A stretch of 25,446 bases of DNA from the IMG/VR virus record IMGVR_UViG_3300034062_003341, positions 1 through 25,446 of that record, one strand, 5' to 3'. Both the position numbers and the translations under genes were made by a program. The stretch is from a virus (Duplodnaviria > Caudoviricetes). Below, piece by piece: positions 22,482 through 25,446 of the stretch. The notes beneath the pieces are model-generated. The model worked only from the letters and a program-made list of their open reading frames with translations, searched no databases and was not told where the DNA came from. Every line of letters begins with the position of its first letter. The first letter of the stretch is position 1.

Positions 22482-22961
22482 TTAAGATAAGAACAACGCG
22501 CGCTCTGCTTCTCTGCGCCGGACCAGTCCGGCGAGCACTACCCCGTTCGATTTTCGCCATTTCAAGAATTCGTCTGCTGCGCCTTCAAATTCGCCTCGAT
22601 TGTACTTCATTCTCAGGGTAGATGCTTGCAGGTTGCCTAGTCCCACGTTGAAACTAAAGCTGACAATTGCGTCAAACTGAGACTGGCTATCAGCAGCAGA
22701 AGGACATAGTCGTAAAACCCCAGCCTCAAATCTCTCCAAATCCTTTTCAAGTATCGAATCAATTTCGTCATACTCAAAAGTCCTGTTGTGTTCAGCGTTA
22801 AGCGGGTAGGCCGTTCTTTCTGGCGTTTTCAGCCGTGCTTGGTCAGGGTACAGTACATGACCATAGCCTATCGTCCAAAGCGCAGCAGGGCACCGGTAAG
22901 GGCTTCTATGACAGCCCTCGAAAGACTTAATAAGCTGGATGCCCGCCTCGGAGATTTTCAC
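22482..22961 (-). CDS. Endolysin, GH24 phage lysozyme
   Basis: FEG-x7-C-x5-TIGYGH (E15/C24/T30), QFDAIVSFSFNVG, GLVRRREAERALF; GTG start overlapping the holin stop. Confidence 0.93.
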   Translation of the reverse strand: MKISEAGIQLIKSFEGCHRSPYRCPAALWTIGYGHVLYPDQARLKTPERTAYPLNAEHNRTFEYDEIDSILEKDLERFEAGVLRLCPSAADSQSQFDAIVSFSFNVGLGNLQASTLRMKYNRGEFEGAADEFLKWRKSNGVVLAGLVRRREAERALFLS

Positions 22962-23443
22962 TTTTTGCTGAAAGCCTGTGACCCAAACCAGAATGCAATA
23001 ATGGCTGCGAGAATACTCATCTCATCGTCGCTAAAAACCATGTCCATCGCAGTAGCAAATGGAACACCAGTGCTGTAGGCGTACCAGATTCCCGCTACAT
23101 CCACGACCACCAGCAGCAGCACAAAGATGTACGTCACGATGGGGCGGACGCTGGCTCGCAGGTTAATCACCCACGTTGACGCGCCCTCACCAATCTTCAT
23201 GTCGTGCTTCCACATTGCAAGTTTTTCCTGCGCCTGTGTCTGCATTTGAATCTGCTCGGTCTTGATTTCTTCCACCGCTGCCTGTGCGATAAAGCCTTCC
23301 TTTGCCAGTGCAATCTCGCGCTCACGATTAGCGGCCATCAGAGCCAGTTCGTGCTTCTTGTCGCCTCTGTCTTGGACAAAATCTAGGACTTTAGGCAGAC
23401 CGCCAGAGGCAAATCCAAGAAGAGTAGAGATTAGGGTCATCAT
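22958..23443 (-). CDS. Probable holin (GTA 3TM-holin-like)
   Basis: VRPIVTY followed by a TM segment and a C-terminal IIAFWFGSQ; immediately upstream of the lysozyme. Confidence 0.7.
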   Translation of the reverse strand: MMTLISTLLGFASGGLPKVLDFVQDRGDKKHELALMAANREREIALAKEGFIAQAAVEEIKTEQIQMQTQAQEKLAMWKHDMKIGEGASTWVINLRASVRPIVTYIFVLLLVVVDVAGIWYAYSTGVPFATAMDMVFSDDEMSILAAIIAFWFGSQAFSKK

Positions 23444-23697
23444 TTTTTGCTACCTCGGCATGGCGGTTCTTCATCGGCATTGCTGAGTTTTACCCCAGCA
23501 AGCAGGCCAATGAAGCCCCCGATAATTGTCTGAAAAGCAGGAGAGATTAGTTTAAATATTTCGGCATTGTCGATGTTGTTAAACCATAGGCCAGCAACCA
23601 ACGCGACGACCATAACTAAAACAGAGAAGCACAACGTAGCAGACACCATAAGGGTTACTGCAAAGGTTAGCTTCCCTTTCATATCAACTTCGTTCAT
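23440..23697 (-). CDS. Small two-TM membrane protein
   Basis: Two hydrophobic segments (LTFAVTLMV...GLWF and AFQTIIGGFIGLLAGV); coupled to the holin gene. Confidence 0.7.
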   Translation of the reverse strand: MNEVDMKGKLTFAVTLMVSATLCFSVLVMVVALVAGLWFNNIDNAEIFKLISPAFQTIIGGFIGLLAGVKLSNADEEPPCRGSKK

Positions 23698-23700
23698 TTG

Positions 23701-24177
23701 CTACCCCACGTTTTGAATAATGCCAACAAGAAACACACCAAGAAGCCCAGTCAGTGCCGCGATCGCTATAATAGTTATCGTGTTCATAACAAGGTTCCGC
23801 ATCTTCCTGCGCTGGTTTTGAATTGTTCGTTCTCGAGTGTCTTTAATTTTAACTCGATCACGCATCATCGCCGTGTATTCTTCAGTACCCCATCTCCAGA
23901 CGATTAACTCTCTGAGTTCCTTCTCTTGCTGCTCGATCTTCTTACGTGCAAACAGTGCCTGGAGTGCTTGTTGTTCAACACTGCCTTTAGCGACTAGCTT
24001 TTTAAATAAGGGCGGGTCTTTGGCTTCCTCCTCCGCATTTTTGACATCAGAAACAGCACCGAACCAAGTCCCCAGTTGACCGCCCATATCCTCCAGCTCA
24101 CGGCCCATCTCAATGCCTTTCTTGATGGCTTTGTAGGCAGAGGTCGCTATGGCTAAGGCTGAGACGGGGTCAATCAT
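23701..24177 (-). CDS. Conserved phage membrane-anchored protein (158 aa)
   Basis: MIDPVSALA N-terminus, coiled-coil and a single C-terminal TM; GGAG SD; ATGA coupling. Confidence 0.75.
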   Translation of the reverse strand: MIDPVSALAIATSAYKAIKKGIEMGRELEDMGGQLGTWFGAVSDVKNAEEEAKDPPLFKKLVAKGSVEQQALQALFARKKIEQQEKELRELIVWRWGTEEYTAMMRDRVKIKDTRERTIQNQRRKMRNLVMNTITIIAIAALTGLLGVFLVGIIQNVG

Positions 24178-24422
24178 TCAGGGCTATCTCCACCGCTAAG
24201 TTTACTCCAGGCACCAAGCATGAGCAGACCAAGGACGAACATTGTCCCTGCCCTGGCAAGCGTCTGCCAGACGACTTTCTTGATGCCGCGCCAGTCGGTA
24301 ATCAAAGAACGTAGATCGCGTACATCATTACCAGCGTCATCGTCGTGGAGGCCGACTTCCTTGAGGACTGACTTCATTTCCTCGCGGATGATTTGGCGTA
24401 GGGCTATCTCATCTATGTTCAT
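24174..24422 (-). CDS. DUF6127-like small membrane protein
   Basis: VGLHDDDAGNDVRDLRSLITDWR followed by a C-terminal TM; GGAG SD. Confidence 0.6.
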   Translation of the reverse strand: MNIDEIALRQIIREEMKSVLKEVGLHDDDAGNDVRDLRSLITDWRGIKKVVWQTLARAGTMFVLGLLMLGAWSKLSGGDSPE

Positions 24423-24425
24423 TGG

Positions 24426-24665
24426 TCACTCCGCAGCTTTATTGATCGTTGCCGTCGATGTTGCCTTGTCTATTACTAACACCCCGTGACAACTGATGTT
24501 CCAGTCCTCTCCGGTTCTCTCGCTGGAGGATGGCACGTTCAAAACAAAGTGCTTGAACAGGTACTCTTTCTCAGCCTTGTCGCCTTCAAAGACACGCCAA
24601 ACGTGTTCCATTGTGCCTCGACCAGCCTGACCACGCGATTTGTTGTAGCGTATAAGATACTTCAA
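24426..24665 (-). CDS. Hypothetical protein (79 aa)
   Basis: TTG start overlapping the upstream TGA, with a GAGG SD; beta-rich sequence IRYNKSRG..HVWRVFE..EYLFKH..WNISC. Confidence 0.7.
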   Translation of the reverse strand: MKYLIRYNKSRGQAGRGTMEHVWRVFEGDKAEKEYLFKHFVLNVPSSSERTGEDWNISCHGVLVIDKATSTATINKAAE

Positions 24666-25318
24666 ATGACCTCTGCCGCACTGGTGCTACACGCTTGCGG
24701 CGCGTACTGCACACTCAAATTGAAATGCACAAACTTGATCGGCTTGTCTGAACCATGCCGCCCAAACGAATGCGGGAGCCAAGCGTTACTAATCAGCACC
24801 ATACCCGGCTCAGGCAAGAAGTTAATGATGTTGCTTGCCGGTGTTGCGTTGCTCATGTTTGCTTCCGGCAGGTTGATCTGCACCTTGCCGCCTCGCGGAT
24901 CGTGGAACATGGCTCTGGAACATCCTTCCGGTGTCTCAAGGAAGTAGAACCCCACCAACTGATGCCCGCCACCGTGAACGTGCTGCTCCATCAACGAATG
25001 CTTGTGATGCTCCTGCGTCCACACTGCGTCTACTACCACGTTGAAGCTGTCCATTGCGTAGCCTTGGCTCTGCAAGATGCTCCAGCCGTTCTGACCAATA
25101 TACTGCACAAAGTCCTGCACTCTTGGATCATTGGCGAAGTTGTCAGTGTTGTGCATCGGATAAAGCTCATGCACGTCATGTGTGAGCTTGCCTAACATTT
25201 CCTCAGAGACTTCGTTAACAGCTTTAAGAAACTCAGGCTTCTTGCTTGCGTAAACAGCAGACGGGAAGTAGTAGTACGCTTCAAACTCGGGCTGCTCTTG
25301 TTTCTTCTTTTTAGACAT
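24662..25318 (-). CDS. 2OG-Fe(II) oxygenase, TIGR02466-like
   Basis: YFPSAVY, W..., HVH, VGFYFL, FHDPR, PEPGMVLISNAWLPH and terminal HFN: double-stranded beta-helix pattern with HxH...H ligands. Confidence 0.8.
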   Translation of the reverse strand: MSKKKKQEQPEFEAYYYFPSAVYASKKPEFLKAVNEVSEEMLGKLTHDVHELYPMHNTDNFANDPRVQDFVQYIGQNGWSILQSQGYAMDSFNVVVDAVWTQEHHKHSLMEQHVHGGGHQLVGFYFLETPEGCSRAMFHDPRGGKVQINLPEANMSNATPASNIINFLPEPGMVLISNAWLPHSFGRHGSDKPIKFVHFNLSVQYAPQACSTSAAEVI

Positions 25319-25445
25319 TTACTTGTATCCATACCCACTGCGCGAAATCAAATGCGTACTGGCCTTCACCTTCCGGTTTTGCTGGGGCTTCTTTCCAGTT
25401 GTTGTCTGCACCAGACCAGCGGAATATCTTGCCTTCTTCTACTGG
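25311..25445 (-). CDS. 3' end of a Trp/Pro-rich tail-associated protein (partial)
   Basis: Translated by hand: ...PVEEGKIFRWSGADNNWKEAPAKPEGEGQYAFDFAQWVWIQVNV*. Its stop overlaps the oxygenase start by 8 nt. Function is inferred only from composition and position. Confidence 0.55.
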   Translation of the reverse strand, partial: PVEEGKIFRWSGADNNWKEAPAKPEGEGQYAFDFAQWVWIQVNV

Positions 25446-25446
25446 G

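Overview
This window is part of a tailed dsDNA phage or prophage genome with podovirus-like organisation, GC-rich and almost fully coding. Positions 1-6875 (+) form a translationally coupled early/replication block: DUF2800 Cas4-like nuclease, DUF2815 SSB, SleB-type cell-wall hydrolase, DUF6378-like protein, SutA-like protein, family A DNA polymerase and an AlpA/Xis-like HTH protein. Positions 6844-25446 (-) form a convergent late block: tail-associated protein end, 2OG-Fe(II) oxygenase, membrane proteins and holin, GH24 lysozyme, probable ejected internal-virion proteins and a 3960-aa polyvalent protein. The giant protein is the main point of interest. It has an HExxH zincin-like domain followed by distinct modules (HhH-glycosylase-like, GNAT-like, ASCH, ADP-ribosyltransferase-like, unknowns, LPD38-like). 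Seven copies of an F-S-(R/Q)-x-Q motif, also conserved in the DNA (TTYAGCCRNNNGCAR), separate these modules. The one clear boundary without this motif instead holds a plausible nested +1-frame 76-aa gene with its own Shine-Dalgarno-like site. All family calls come from recognising motifs by eye; no searches were run.
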